From positions 1-12,026 of the forward strand of contig JBDRKP010000029.1 in NCBI GenBank assembly GCA_043813875.1: a stretch of 12,026 bases of DNA. Reading direction: 5' to 3'. The translations under genes and the position numbers were made by a program. This DNA comes from an archaeon. Its GTDB lineage: Archaea > EX4484-52 > B79-G9. The notes under the pieces are model-generated. The model did not search any database. It was not told the origin of the DNA and saw only the letters and a program-made list of their open reading frames with translations. The first letter of the stretch is position 1. Every line of letters begins with the position of its first letter. Below, piece after piece: positions 1 through 7,976 of this stretch.

Positions 1-666
1 ACTGTTCTCCTGTGCAGAAGGCATCGGTATCGTTATGTTCTGTGTGGTGTTGACGGGCCCAGAGGTAACATTAGTGACGTTATCATGTGTCACGTCATCA
101 TATGTGGTATTGTAAGTTGTGTTTGTTGCGTTCATTATGTCTGGATATGTTTGGTTAATCATTAACGTGTCGTTTGTCTGCGTGATGTTAAGAGAACAAT
201 CCTCGGTGGTTGTGTTATAACAGACGGAGATGTTGTCGTTAAATGTTAACGAGCCAGCGGTCTGATTATCATGTGTCTGGTTTTCGGTGTAATTATATGT
301 ATCATTGATCTGTGTCTGGTTTGATGTAATATTTTCTCTGATTGTGACATCTTCGGCTAATATGCGATTCCTGAAAAGAACTGTGGCTGACATGCAGGTG
401 CCATTCTCATGGGTCTCATTATAGGTCACAAAGTCGATCCCGGTGTCGTTATATATCACCAATATGCCGTCTTTGCATCTTAATGGCTGATACTCTTTGA
501 ACTGGATGAATACACTTGCATTGGGTTCAGAAACATTGACCTCAACAATTTTCATCCCCTCGAATTCCTGGGCGCCGTAGGTAACGTAACCTGTATAATT
601 CTTAAGGGAAAGCATGAGAATGAACATAGATACAACTAGCAAAATCCATACGGACCTTTTTACAAT
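1..666 (-). CDS. Secreted/surface glycoprotein, N-terminal part (3' end beyond left window edge); not in the supplied ORF track
   Basis: Manual translation gives a stop-free frame from 708 to position 1: (I)VKRSVWILLVVSMFILMLSLKNYTGYVTYGAQEF...NVTNVTSGPVNTTQNITIPMPSAQENS. It has a basic N-terminus plus hydrophobic helix (signal/anchor) and 24 N-x-S/T sequons. The start is uncertain: ATT at 666, TTG at 642 or ATG at 627. Confidence 0.88.
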   Translation of the reverse strand, partial: MVKRSVWILLVVSMFILMLSLKNYTGYVTYGAQEFEGMKIVEVNVSEPNASVFIQFKEYQPLRCKDGILVIYNDTGIDFVTYNETHENGTCMSATVLFRNRILAEDVTIRENITSNQTQINDTYNYTENQTHDNQTAGSLTFNDNISVCYNTTTEDCSLNITQTNDTLMINQTYPDIMNATNTTYNTTYDDVTHDNVTNVTSGPVNTTQNITIPMPSAQENS

Positions 667-683
667 ATCTATTCGGGGATAAC

Positions 684-697
684 GAAATCTATATATA
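684..697 (-). promoter_or_regulatory. Putative archaeal TATA box (TATATATA) for the left-edge gene
   Basis: Minus strand reads AAGGTAGATATAG-TATATATA-GATTTC, with a purine-rich BRE-like upstream stretch. The TATA ends 23 nt before position 666, the same spacing as TATA-to-ATG at the 1067-aa gene. Confidence 0.55.
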
Positions 698-912
698 CTA
701 TATCTACCTTAAATGGTTAGTAACACCTCCATTTTTTGTTAGATGAATTATAAAATTACTGAGATTGAATTCTCACTCACAAGCGATTCCAATTACTTAG
801 GGTTGGGTTTGTAGTTAGCATTGGCTTTGAATTATTTTTGGGAAGATATGACCAAATATCATACACTTTCGATATATCAATATATTGGTATCAAGAGCTA
901 TATATAGATTTC
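684..912. repeat. 14-bp perfect inverted repeat pair (GAAATCTATATATA 684-697 / TATATATAGATTTC 899-912) bracketing the intergenic region
   Basis: Direct inspection shows the two 14-mers are exact reverse complements, 201 bp apart. No target-site duplication was seen. Confidence 0.8.
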
Positions 913-983
913 TTAAGAGCGGCGAGCGTCAAGAAGTCATTGAACTTGAATGCCGAACGAGATCCGTCATGAGCTTACGCAGA

Positions 984-2111
984 CTAATAATAAGTATAGG
1001 TCTTTTTCTCTTTGTACTGAGCCCCTTCATCAGCGGAATAATAGGGATTCAAATCACTTGATATCTGCCTGCTTTGCGGAATACGAGAAACCATATTAGC
1101 ATGAGGTGATTGCGGACGGGATACAGGGGCGTTATTGGATGGAGGTTCTTGTGGAGATACATCAATGAAGTTACCTAACAGCCATGCATATATTCCGGCC
1201 AGGTGTACAAAAAAGAGCGCACGCAGCAACTCCAGAGTAACGAACAAACTAAATACGATAAATAGAGAATAAATGGATGAGAATTGTTCAATCATCGGTT
1301 CCGGAAAAAGGCTAGAAGAAAGAGTCTCATTCATCTGTCTTTCAAACTCCTTGTCAATCCGGGCTTTTGTCTGTCTGTCAATATCATCCATATTATTTCT
1401 TATAGATGCAGCACACATCGTGCTTTCTTCTCTTGAAAGGTCTCGCATACCAGATTCCATTGAATTGAGAGTCGAGGTTTCCATGAATTCAACAAAGCCA
1501 TAGATCTGCTGCTTTTGACTGTCTAACATCGATACCCCAATCATTATAGGTAATACATCATCCATCGCATTACTCAAGTCCGATTCTAAACGAGCCTGCA
1601 TGTCTGTCGGGCCGAATATCAGTAAGATATATACTGCCACGATTATGGTAATGTTTATAACAAAAAATGCTTTCGATGTGCTGTTGGCGGTTATACCGTA
1701 GATGCTTATCTTTTTGTAGTGCTCTTTGTCCTGATAGGACATATAGTGGGCCAATAATACAGATAGAATGAATCCAAGTGAAATCAAAAATGCCTGCAAA
1801 GAGAGACCCAGATAATAAAATACAAGAGGTGTGACGAGTAATGGAGCAATAAGTATTGAGTAGTCAATATCTTTTATGGATAATGAATATAGCCCAACCA
1901 AGGCATAGGAGAATGGAAATAACAGGATGAATATCATGAAGAATAGCCAGTTTATGCCTAATCCTCCCGCAGATAACATTTTTGTGCTCAAACCGATCGG
2001 ATTGAGTATATGATCGCTTGTTATGCCTGAAAGTGAGAGAAAGATGAATGACAGGGCAGTTATCAATGCGAATGATATCAATGTCAAGTTTCGCGTTATG
2101 ATGGAGACCAC
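984..2111 (-). CDS. Hypothetical polytopic membrane protein (~6 TM helices, ~110-aa helical soluble loop, Pro/Ser/Gln-rich tail)
   Basis: 375-aa ORF with GTG start, overlapping the upstream gene by 16 nt and preceded by GGAAGGAGAG. Hydrophobic segments lie at about aa 9-29, 52-76, 85-103, 105-123, 148-166 and 280-315. Confidence 0.9.
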   Translation of the reverse strand: MVSIITRNLTLISFALITALSFIFLSLSGITSDHILNPIGLSTKMLSAGGLGINWLFFMIFILLFPFSYALVGLYSLSIKDIDYSILIAPLLVTPLVFYYLGLSLQAFLISLGFILSVLLAHYMSYQDKEHYKKISIYGITANSTSKAFFVINITIIVAVYILLIFGPTDMQARLESDLSNAMDDVLPIMIGVSMLDSQKQQIYGFVEFMETSTLNSMESGMRDLSREESTMCAASIRNNMDDIDRQTKARIDKEFERQMNETLSSSLFPEPMIEQFSSIYSLFIVFSLFVTLELLRALFFVHLAGIYAWLLGNFIDVSPQEPPSNNAPVSRPQSPHANMVSRIPQSRQISSDLNPYYSADEGAQYKEKKTYTYY

Positions 2112-5100
2112 CTCTCCTTCCGGTGATAATTATAAGTCCGGTTCTCTCTTAGAAAGCGTTTCAATTTTTCAATAAATTCGTCTATCCTTTGCCTAATTAT
2201 GCTTTTCGGTTTAGAGGGAGGGGTTGACTCTTTTTTCTCAAAATCATAATCTGTCGATTTTTCCGGCAACCACATATAGTAAAGAAGCGATGCTGCCAGT
2301 ATTATAATCATTATGATTATTGCAATAATAATATTTCGGCGTGTAATTTTTTGGCTATTCTGAATCTCTTCCTCTATCAATTTTTCCTGACCGAGCAACA
2401 TACCATTTATGTCGGATATTATCTCATCTGCGGAGGCATAATCCTCTTTTTCTATCGCAAGCCTGAGGTCATCGAGGAATTTTTCCAAGGTCTTTAGATT
2501 CCTGTCCAAGGAATTTATCCTTTCATCATCTGAAGGCAGAAGAGAATTCATGTCGTTGCGTAATTTAAGCAGCTTGTTTTTGAGTTCCGTGTAAGTTTCC
2601 TTTATTCTTTGTTTTTCTTTAAAACCAGGCAGGATATCAATTATGAATGACTCTGAGGTGTTTGTGCCGGCGGCTGATTCAAAGTAGATGGTGGCGCCGT
2701 ATGACCCAGGGGATGTGTCTGATGAGGAGATGTCGATGCGAATAGTATAGGTCTCGTTTTGTTCCAATTCTGATATTATTTCATCCAGAACCAGACTTAA
2801 ATCTATTTCTTTTGATTGCAATTTAAAGGTTATATTTTTCTCTATTGCCTCTCCGATGTTTTTTATTGTGATGTTTAAAAGCACGGAATTGTTTTGGTCC
2901 AAGACCAGTCTTTCGGGATAAGATATTATTTCCAAGCCACGCGTATTTTGAGATGATTCACCAGGCGCCGTGCTTTTTATGGCCACTTCCGATATATTCA
3001 GGATATTTATCGATTCTTCTTTATTCCAGCCGCGTATCCTGAAGCCATCTATTGTTTTTTCTGCACTAATCTCAAAGCGGTATAATCCTTTTTTTGTGAT
3101 GTTTTTGAGACCATCACAGAAGTATTCGCTTGTGGAGTTTACGGTTGCTGTATCTGTGTCATTGTAGTTGTTCGGGCCCCTTATGAAACAGGTGACGATT
3201 GCATCTTTTACAAGGGTGTCGTTGTAGGGGTCGATGCTATAATCGATGCGCCCTGAAACCGTCACGCTTGTGCTACGATTCGTGTCTATATACGCGTCCG
3301 AATGAATGTTTACGGTGACATTCAACCATTCGATATCAATCGTTGTTGTGTTCGAGACGGTCTTGGTAATATCCAATGGGGAGAGACCTGTGACAAAGAC
3401 AGTATAATAAACTGATGGTCTTTTTGGAACGTCGAAGTAAAATTGAGATTTCCCGTCCGGACCGGCATTTATATCAGCGGTAGCCACGATGTTGTTTGAA
3501 TCATCCCGTATCGCAGCGGTTATGTTTGCCATGTAGACCGGGTCTGTATTTGTGTTTGTGCCTACTTCGATTGATATGTTATCGCCTTCTGAATATACTT
3601 TGCCTGTGAAATTTGTGAGTATGCGAATCTGGTTTATGTAATTTGTTATATAAAATGTCCTGTTGTAGTCTGCTGTGTTGTTCATCCGGTCTTCTGCTGT
3701 GAGGTATAGTGTTGCAGGACCTGCTGTTGATCCGGTGAAGCTGTATTCTATGTCAATGTTTCCGTCGCTTTCTATCGTGTAGGGGGATGAGGATGAGATT
3801 GCGGTCGAGTTTACGGTCACTGATGCAGAGGGGATGCTCAAGTAGGAGCTCACCGTCGCGTTCACTGCGTCACCGGCCTGATTTCTTATATGGGCCACTA
3901 TCCTGAAACTGTCAGCTTTGAGAAAGTGCCAATCAATGTCATTCGGCTTTGCAGTGGATACGAGAGCTAAGTCAGTTATATAGAGCGATGACTGGTCTAT
4001 CTGAAGCCAGATTGTGTCATTGTATGCTGAGTTGCCGGCTATGTCGACTACGGTGAAATTCAGGTTGATGTTCTTGTTGCCTGATTCCGGAACTTTGAAG
4101 CTGCCAGTGCATTTTGAGTCCTTGTATGTGGGATTTTTTTCTACGTAGACTTCTGATACTTTACTCCCGCCAAAGTAGACTGTGCACAATTTTTTGCTTA
4201 AGCTGTTCATGAAACCGGATAGTGTGTCGGTTATGTTTAGATTGTAATTTACTGTGTAGTCTTTTTTTGTCCATGCGAGAGGGGATGGGCTGAGCACGGT
4301 TATCACGGGTTTTGTGTTGTCGGTGCTTGCGCTCATCGATACGGTCGGCTCTGCTGTTGAGGTTGCAGGGTTGGCGGTCATGTATGCCTGAAGCGTGAGG
4401 GTGCCGGTATAGGTTGTGTCAGGGTCATCGGGATAGTCGAGCCAAAGGAATAGCTGCTTCTGGTCGCCGCTGTCGGTTGTCGGCGCGTGCGCGGTTTCAA
4501 GGTCTTTATATGTCGTGTTCAGGTATATCTGGTTTGCGGGTGTATTGGAAAAGGATGCTCCAAGCGTGCCATCGCCGACTATTATCGAACTGCCGCCTGA
4601 AAAATCGGTGGATTTCGCTTTCCAGCTGTAGGGCGCATTCGCTATTAATGTGACCGGGATATAGGTCAGATCGTAGCCGGATGATTCCAGTTTTGCGAGA
4701 GGATGGTTGTCTGTGACTCTTTTGCCGGGCTCGAATTCTACGGAGGTTTTTGATACGGCAAGCTCCAGATGATAGGTATTGTTTAACGCCAGACTTGCTG
4801 TTTTTGTGCCTGTGCCGTTGTTTGCCCGCAGGTATATGAGCCAGCTTGATGTGTTTGTGTAGCGTGATGATTTGGATGGAGTGAATACGAATTTCGATAA
4901 GGATGATGTTGTGATGTAGGAATTCGGCTTATCTATGGACCAGCTCGTCTGTGTCGGGCGGATGTCGGCGAAAATCTCTTCGCCGGAATTGTTTTTCCAT
5001 TCGACCCAGGAGCACCTGTTTGCGCTTTCCATGGTGTCGGTGTTATAGCATGAGGATTCCTGCGTCTGTGATGAATCGTATATTGTTATGGATAGTTCTT

Positions 5101-5299
5101 TTAAGGATGCATCTGTGATGTTGAATGCCAGTGTCATCTCATCGGCCGGGGTCATCGTTGTTGTGGGGGTTGCTGTTGCTCCGTTGTCGTCGGAATAGAG
5201 CGCAACCGAGGTTATGTTGAATGCTAACGAGACCTGGGTGAAGCACAATATCGATAATATTGCCGTGAAGAATACGAGTGTCTTTTGTGTCTTTTGCAT
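2096..5299 (-). CDS. Large membrane-anchored cell-surface glycoprotein with multiple Ig-like/beta-sandwich domains, a helical stalk and a C-terminal TM helix
   Basis: 1067-aa ORF with signal peptide MQKTQKTLVFFTAILSILCFTQVSLA. Ig-type motifs include DNTKPVITVLSP...VVDIAGNS and the CARDB/NPCBM-associated-like LNITIKNIGE...PGSY. It has many N-x-S/T sites, a TM helix IIIAIIIMIIILAASLLYYMWL (2267-2332) and a 56-aa basic tail. Confidence 0.93.
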   Translation of the reverse strand: MQKTQKTLVFFTAILSILCFTQVSLAFNITSVALYSDDNGATATPTTTMTPADEMTLAFNITDASLKELSITIYDSSQTQESSCYNTDTMESANRCSWVEWKNNSGEEIFADIRPTQTSWSIDKPNSYITTSSLSKFVFTPSKSSRYTNTSSWLIYLRANNGTGTKTASLALNNTYHLELAVSKTSVEFEPGKRVTDNHPLAKLESSGYDLTYIPVTLIANAPYSWKAKSTDFSGGSSIIVGDGTLGASFSNTPANQIYLNTTYKDLETAHAPTTDSGDQKQLFLWLDYPDDPDTTYTGTLTLQAYMTANPATSTAEPTVSMSASTDNTKPVITVLSPSPLAWTKKDYTVNYNLNITDTLSGFMNSLSKKLCTVYFGGSKVSEVYVEKNPTYKDSKCTGSFKVPESGNKNINLNFTVVDIAGNSAYNDTIWLQIDQSSLYITDLALVSTAKPNDIDWHFLKADSFRIVAHIRNQAGDAVNATVSSYLSIPSASVTVNSTAISSSSPYTIESDGNIDIEYSFTGSTAGPATLYLTAEDRMNNTADYNRTFYITNYINQIRILTNFTGKVYSEGDNISIEVGTNTNTDPVYMANITAAIRDDSNNIVATADINAGPDGKSQFYFDVPKRPSVYYTVFVTGLSPLDITKTVSNTTTIDIEWLNVTVNIHSDAYIDTNRSTSVTVSGRIDYSIDPYNDTLVKDAIVTCFIRGPNNYNDTDTATVNSTSEYFCDGLKNITKKGLYRFEISAEKTIDGFRIRGWNKEESINILNISEVAIKSTAPGESSQNTRGLEIISYPERLVLDQNNSVLLNITIKNIGEAIEKNITFKLQSKEIDLSLVLDEIISELEQNETYTIRIDISSSDTSPGSYGATIYFESAAGTNTSESFIIDILPGFKEKQRIKETYTELKNKLLKLRNDMNSLLPSDDERINSLDRNLKTLEKFLDDLRLAIEKEDYASADEIISDINGMLLGQEKLIEEEIQNSQKITRRNIIIAIIIMIIILAASLLYYMWLPEKSTDYDFEKKESTPPSKPKSIIRQRIDEFIEKLKRFLRENRTYNYHRKERWSPS

Positions 5300-5322
5300 G
5301 ATTGTATAATAGGTTGCGCGGG

Positions 5323-5337
5323 TTTATATTTTTTTGA
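5323..5337 (-). promoter_or_regulatory. Putative BRE/TATA promoter (TCAAAAA-AATATAAA) for a probably leaderless transcript of the 1067-aa gene
   Basis: AATATAAA (5330-5323) ends 23 nt upstream of the ATG at 5299. There is no SD motif before the ATG. Confidence 0.6.
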
Positions 5338-5357
5338 AATAGGCTTGATTTGTTAAA

Positions 5358-7928
5358 TTATCTGACATTTTCCAACAGGGCGTTGATTCTTTCGATCTTT
5401 TGCCGGGACGTGGTTTCGTTTCCGTCAAGAAGGTCCAGCTCTGCCATGCTCAGGTCAAGGGATGCATTCTCAAGAAGTGTCTCCTGATTGAATATGTCTT
5501 TTCCCGATCTTTTTTCTGCCTCCAATAGCGCCTCTTTTTCGTGATAAAGCGACTTCAGGCGCGATATCTCTTCAGTTAGGTTCGTGCCATGTATTTTATT
5601 TGCACCCATAGAATCTTTTTGGCTCTCTTTAATATCGGTCATTTCTTTTTTCTTTGGATTTTCAACCGGATTTGGAATCTGAACCGGTGATTGCGCTGAC
5701 AGTACGCATTCATCCTTTGGTATAGAAGAGGATTTTGATTTTGACTTTGACTTTATTTTGTTGAATAGCCCTTTTATTTTTTCCATATGTTTTTGAGGAA
5801 CTAAATCTGCCTCTGGCAGTTCTTTTGTGACCGGGTGGCATAGAGAGTCATTTCGAATTTCATCTGCCTTCATTACAATAGGATTACGCCAATCTAATTG
5901 AGGAGTAATATAGCCATGAACTTGTTTTTCCTGAATATTTTGATGATATTTTGTGCTGTCTTTTGTACGTGACTTTGAAGGCGTATTTTCTGTGAGTTCG
6001 TCATCTTTCTGCCTGATTGAATGTGTTTCTGGAAGATGGTCACACACGGATATTGATGGTGATGTTTCACGGTCAATTTCAGCAGGTTTTATTCGGTTAT
6101 TGTTTAAATCTTGCGTTAAGATTCTTTTTTCGGAGTGGTCTGAATCCGTTACATCTGTTGGAATAATATCTATACTGTCTTTCATGTATCTTATGTTATC
6201 TTCCATATTCACAATGTTGCTTGATATATCCATGTTTTTTTTCGATTCACAAAAATCCTGTTTGAAGATCCGCTCGTTTTTTTGCATTAGAGAGATAATA
6301 TCTGCTAAGACAGATATCTTATTTTTGAGTTCATCTATTTTTTTGTTTAATTCTTTTTCTGAGGACTCTAAGGAGGGTCGTGCAAGGTCGTCAATGCTTT
6401 CTTTCATGTATCGCCCGTTATCCTCAAGGAGGGTGATCGTGGATATTGACTCATTGATTTGGGTGCTTATTTCATTAATCTTTTCGCTGAGTTCCTGATG
6501 TTGCTGGGATGCGTATTGCTCTTTTTGTTCCAGTTCTTTGATGCCTTTTTCAAGGCCATGACGAAGATCTTTTTCTTTGAGCCCTGTTGTTGATATTTGG
6601 GCCATTTTCGTCTCAAGATATTTTTTTAGGGTAAGAAGCTCTTGTTTTGTGTTCTTATCGTTTTTTTGCATTATAGAGAGCATATCTGCTAATTTAGATA
6701 ATCCGGCTTCAAATTGTATGTTTTTTTCGGTTATTGTGGCAACAGCTGAGTCAAGTGATTCTTTGGAAGTGGATTGTACCAAGCCATCAATAATATCTTG
6801 CATGCGTTTAATGTTGTTTTGCAGATTATCTGTTGTGTCTGAAATGCTCTTGATGCTTTTGTTAAGGCCATCAATGTCTTTTAAGGATTCTTTTCTTAGT
6901 TCGTCGCGAATATCCAATCTCATTTTTTCAAGATTGTCTTTTGTCATTAGGTCCAGATTCTCTCTTGACATCTTGTCTACAAGGGTGCTTACAATATCTT
7001 TCAATATCTTTATTCTTGTATCGAGCTCAGCGGCTTTAGTCTCCTGGTCCTCTCTTATCTTTGAAAATGAGTCTTTTGACATCAATGAATCGGTCTTTAC
7101 CTCCAGCGTATCGTTTGATCTTATCAGATCCTTTATCAACTCATTCATGTCGTTGACTTCTTTTTTGTATTTCTGGAATTCTGACAAGCGATTGTCCAAC
7201 TCGGAAAATATCTTCTCTGTCTTGGCTGCCATGCGCGAGGTGTATTTTTCACTGTCTTTTACCTGTTCTATCTCTGCCTTTATCTCTTTTGAGACATCCA
7301 GCAGATTCTCGAAACTTTTGAACCTGTCAAGGAGTTTTGTGAGTTTCACCTGCGTTTTTTCGAGCCGGTCTATCTTGCTTTTCTCTAGCTCTAATTGAGC
7401 CTGGACTTTCATGACTTCGAGCGCATTCTCCTCTATTTCTTTGTGTATCTTTTCCGGCTTCATGTGAGCGGTTGATTCTTTTATATTCTCAAATTCTGTC
7501 TCGATGCCGCTGAAGGTGTCTTCTCTTGAGAATATCATGGATCTCAACTCGCCTATCTTTTCGGCAAGATCGGCTATCCGGTCATTTGTTTCTGATTTCG
7601 ATGATTCTATCATCTCAAATTTGCCTTCCATTTTTTCGACTTTTAGTAAAGTGTCATTTAATTTTTTTTCGATATATTGCACATTGGACTGATTCATATC
7701 GGTACTTGATTCCCGCGCATCTTTGTCTTTTTTTAATTTTTGAAGAAATCCGAACAGCTTCTTATTTTGTTCTTTTTTCTCTAATGCCTCGAATTCTTCG
7801 GTGGTTATTTTTGGCTCTAATGTGTCTTCTTCTTTTATCTTTGATGTTGTGGAACTATCTGAGGTGGGTTTGTCTTCAATCTTAAGTTGGGGAGATAATC
7901 CGTTGTTCTTTTCGATGTCGTTTGGCAT
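5358..7928 (-). CDS. Long cytoplasmic coiled-coil protein (Lys/Glu-rich) with internal duplications, a disordered region and a C-terminal helical bundle
   Basis: The track gives 858 aa from GTG 7934. ATG 7928 is preferred because AGGTG (7938-7934) lies 5 nt upstream. Heptad-type K/E/L/I pattern spans about aa 85-590. No signal peptide, TM segment or Walker motif. Confidence 0.92.
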   Translation of the reverse strand: MPNDIEKNNGLSPQLKIEDKPTSDSSTTSKIKEEDTLEPKITTEEFEALEKKEQNKKLFGFLQKLKKDKDARESSTDMNQSNVQYIEKKLNDTLLKVEKMEGKFEMIESSKSETNDRIADLAEKIGELRSMIFSREDTFSGIETEFENIKESTAHMKPEKIHKEIEENALEVMKVQAQLELEKSKIDRLEKTQVKLTKLLDRFKSFENLLDVSKEIKAEIEQVKDSEKYTSRMAAKTEKIFSELDNRLSEFQKYKKEVNDMNELIKDLIRSNDTLEVKTDSLMSKDSFSKIREDQETKAAELDTRIKILKDIVSTLVDKMSRENLDLMTKDNLEKMRLDIRDELRKESLKDIDGLNKSIKSISDTTDNLQNNIKRMQDIIDGLVQSTSKESLDSAVATITEKNIQFEAGLSKLADMLSIMQKNDKNTKQELLTLKKYLETKMAQISTTGLKEKDLRHGLEKGIKELEQKEQYASQQHQELSEKINEISTQINESISTITLLEDNGRYMKESIDDLARPSLESSEKELNKKIDELKNKISVLADIISLMQKNERIFKQDFCESKKNMDISSNIVNMEDNIRYMKDSIDIIPTDVTDSDHSEKRILTQDLNNNRIKPAEIDRETSPSISVCDHLPETHSIRQKDDELTENTPSKSRTKDSTKYHQNIQEKQVHGYITPQLDWRNPIVMKADEIRNDSLCHPVTKELPEADLVPQKHMEKIKGLFNKIKSKSKSKSSSIPKDECVLSAQSPVQIPNPVENPKKKEMTDIKESQKDSMGANKIHGTNLTEEISRLKSLYHEKEALLEAEKRSGKDIFNQETLLENASLDLSMAELDLLDGNETTSRQKIERINALLENVR
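6274..6700. repeat. Intragenic direct repeat (6274-6316 vs 6658-6700, 37/43 nt identical) in the coiled-coil gene
   Basis: TCGTTTTTTTGCATTAgAGAGAtaATATCTGCTAAgacAGATA vs TCGTTTTTTTGCATTAtAGAGAgcATATCTGCTAAtttAGATA, encoding SVLADIISLMQKNE and SKLADMLSIMQKND. Confidence 0.85.
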
Positions 7929-7933
7929 GTTCA

Positions 7934-7938
7934 CACCT
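7934..7938 (-). promoter_or_regulatory. Shine-Dalgarno-like site AGGTG
   Basis: Minus strand reads AGGTG-TGAAC-ATG(7928), matching part of the archaeal GGAGGTGA consensus. Confidence 0.65.
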
Positions 7939-7963
7939 ATAGCAAATTATATTTGGTGATTTG

Positions 7964-7976
7964 TATATATATATAT
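7964..7976 (-). promoter_or_regulatory. (TA)6 tract, putative TATA box of the coiled-coil gene
   Basis: ATATATATATATA in the short intergenic gap. A 23-nt spacing would put the transcription start near 7940, just upstream of the SD. Confidence 0.55.

Noticed and set aside
743..814. 23-codon plus-strand ORF MNYKITEIEFSLTSDSNYLGLGL
   Set aside because: It is too short, lacks an RBS or a well-placed promoter, and is expected by chance.
760..890. Small palindromes/hairpins (TGAGA-TCTCA 760-775, TATGA-TCATA ~847-863, CAATATATTG 878-887); considered as CRISPR, tRNA or terminator
   Set aside because: The short AT-rich stems are compatible with chance. There is no repeat-spacer periodicity and no cloverleaf.
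1273..4653. Plus-strand ORFs 1273-1503, 2970-3167 and 4414-4653
   Set aside because: They are short, antisense to long credible genes and have no recognisable features.
5953..7692. Long plus-strand ORFs (5953-6498, 6577-7398, 7504-7692, and overlapping 7526-7885)
   Set aside because: These are antisense shadows of the Lys/Glu-rich coiled-coil gene. Their Ser/Phe/Leu-rich composition is what the reverse complement of such codons gives, and no independent signals were seen.
5358..7934. Calling the coiled-coil protein SMC/Rad50 or a chemoreceptor
   Set aside because: It has no Walker A/B, signature motif, hinge or zinc hook, and no MCP signalling hairpin. Any such hit would reflect coiled-coil composition only.
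5346..7964. TGATTTGT 8-mer present in both short intergenic gaps (5346-5353, 7957-7964)
   Set aside because: It sits at different positions relative to the TATA boxes and is too short to support a regulator site.
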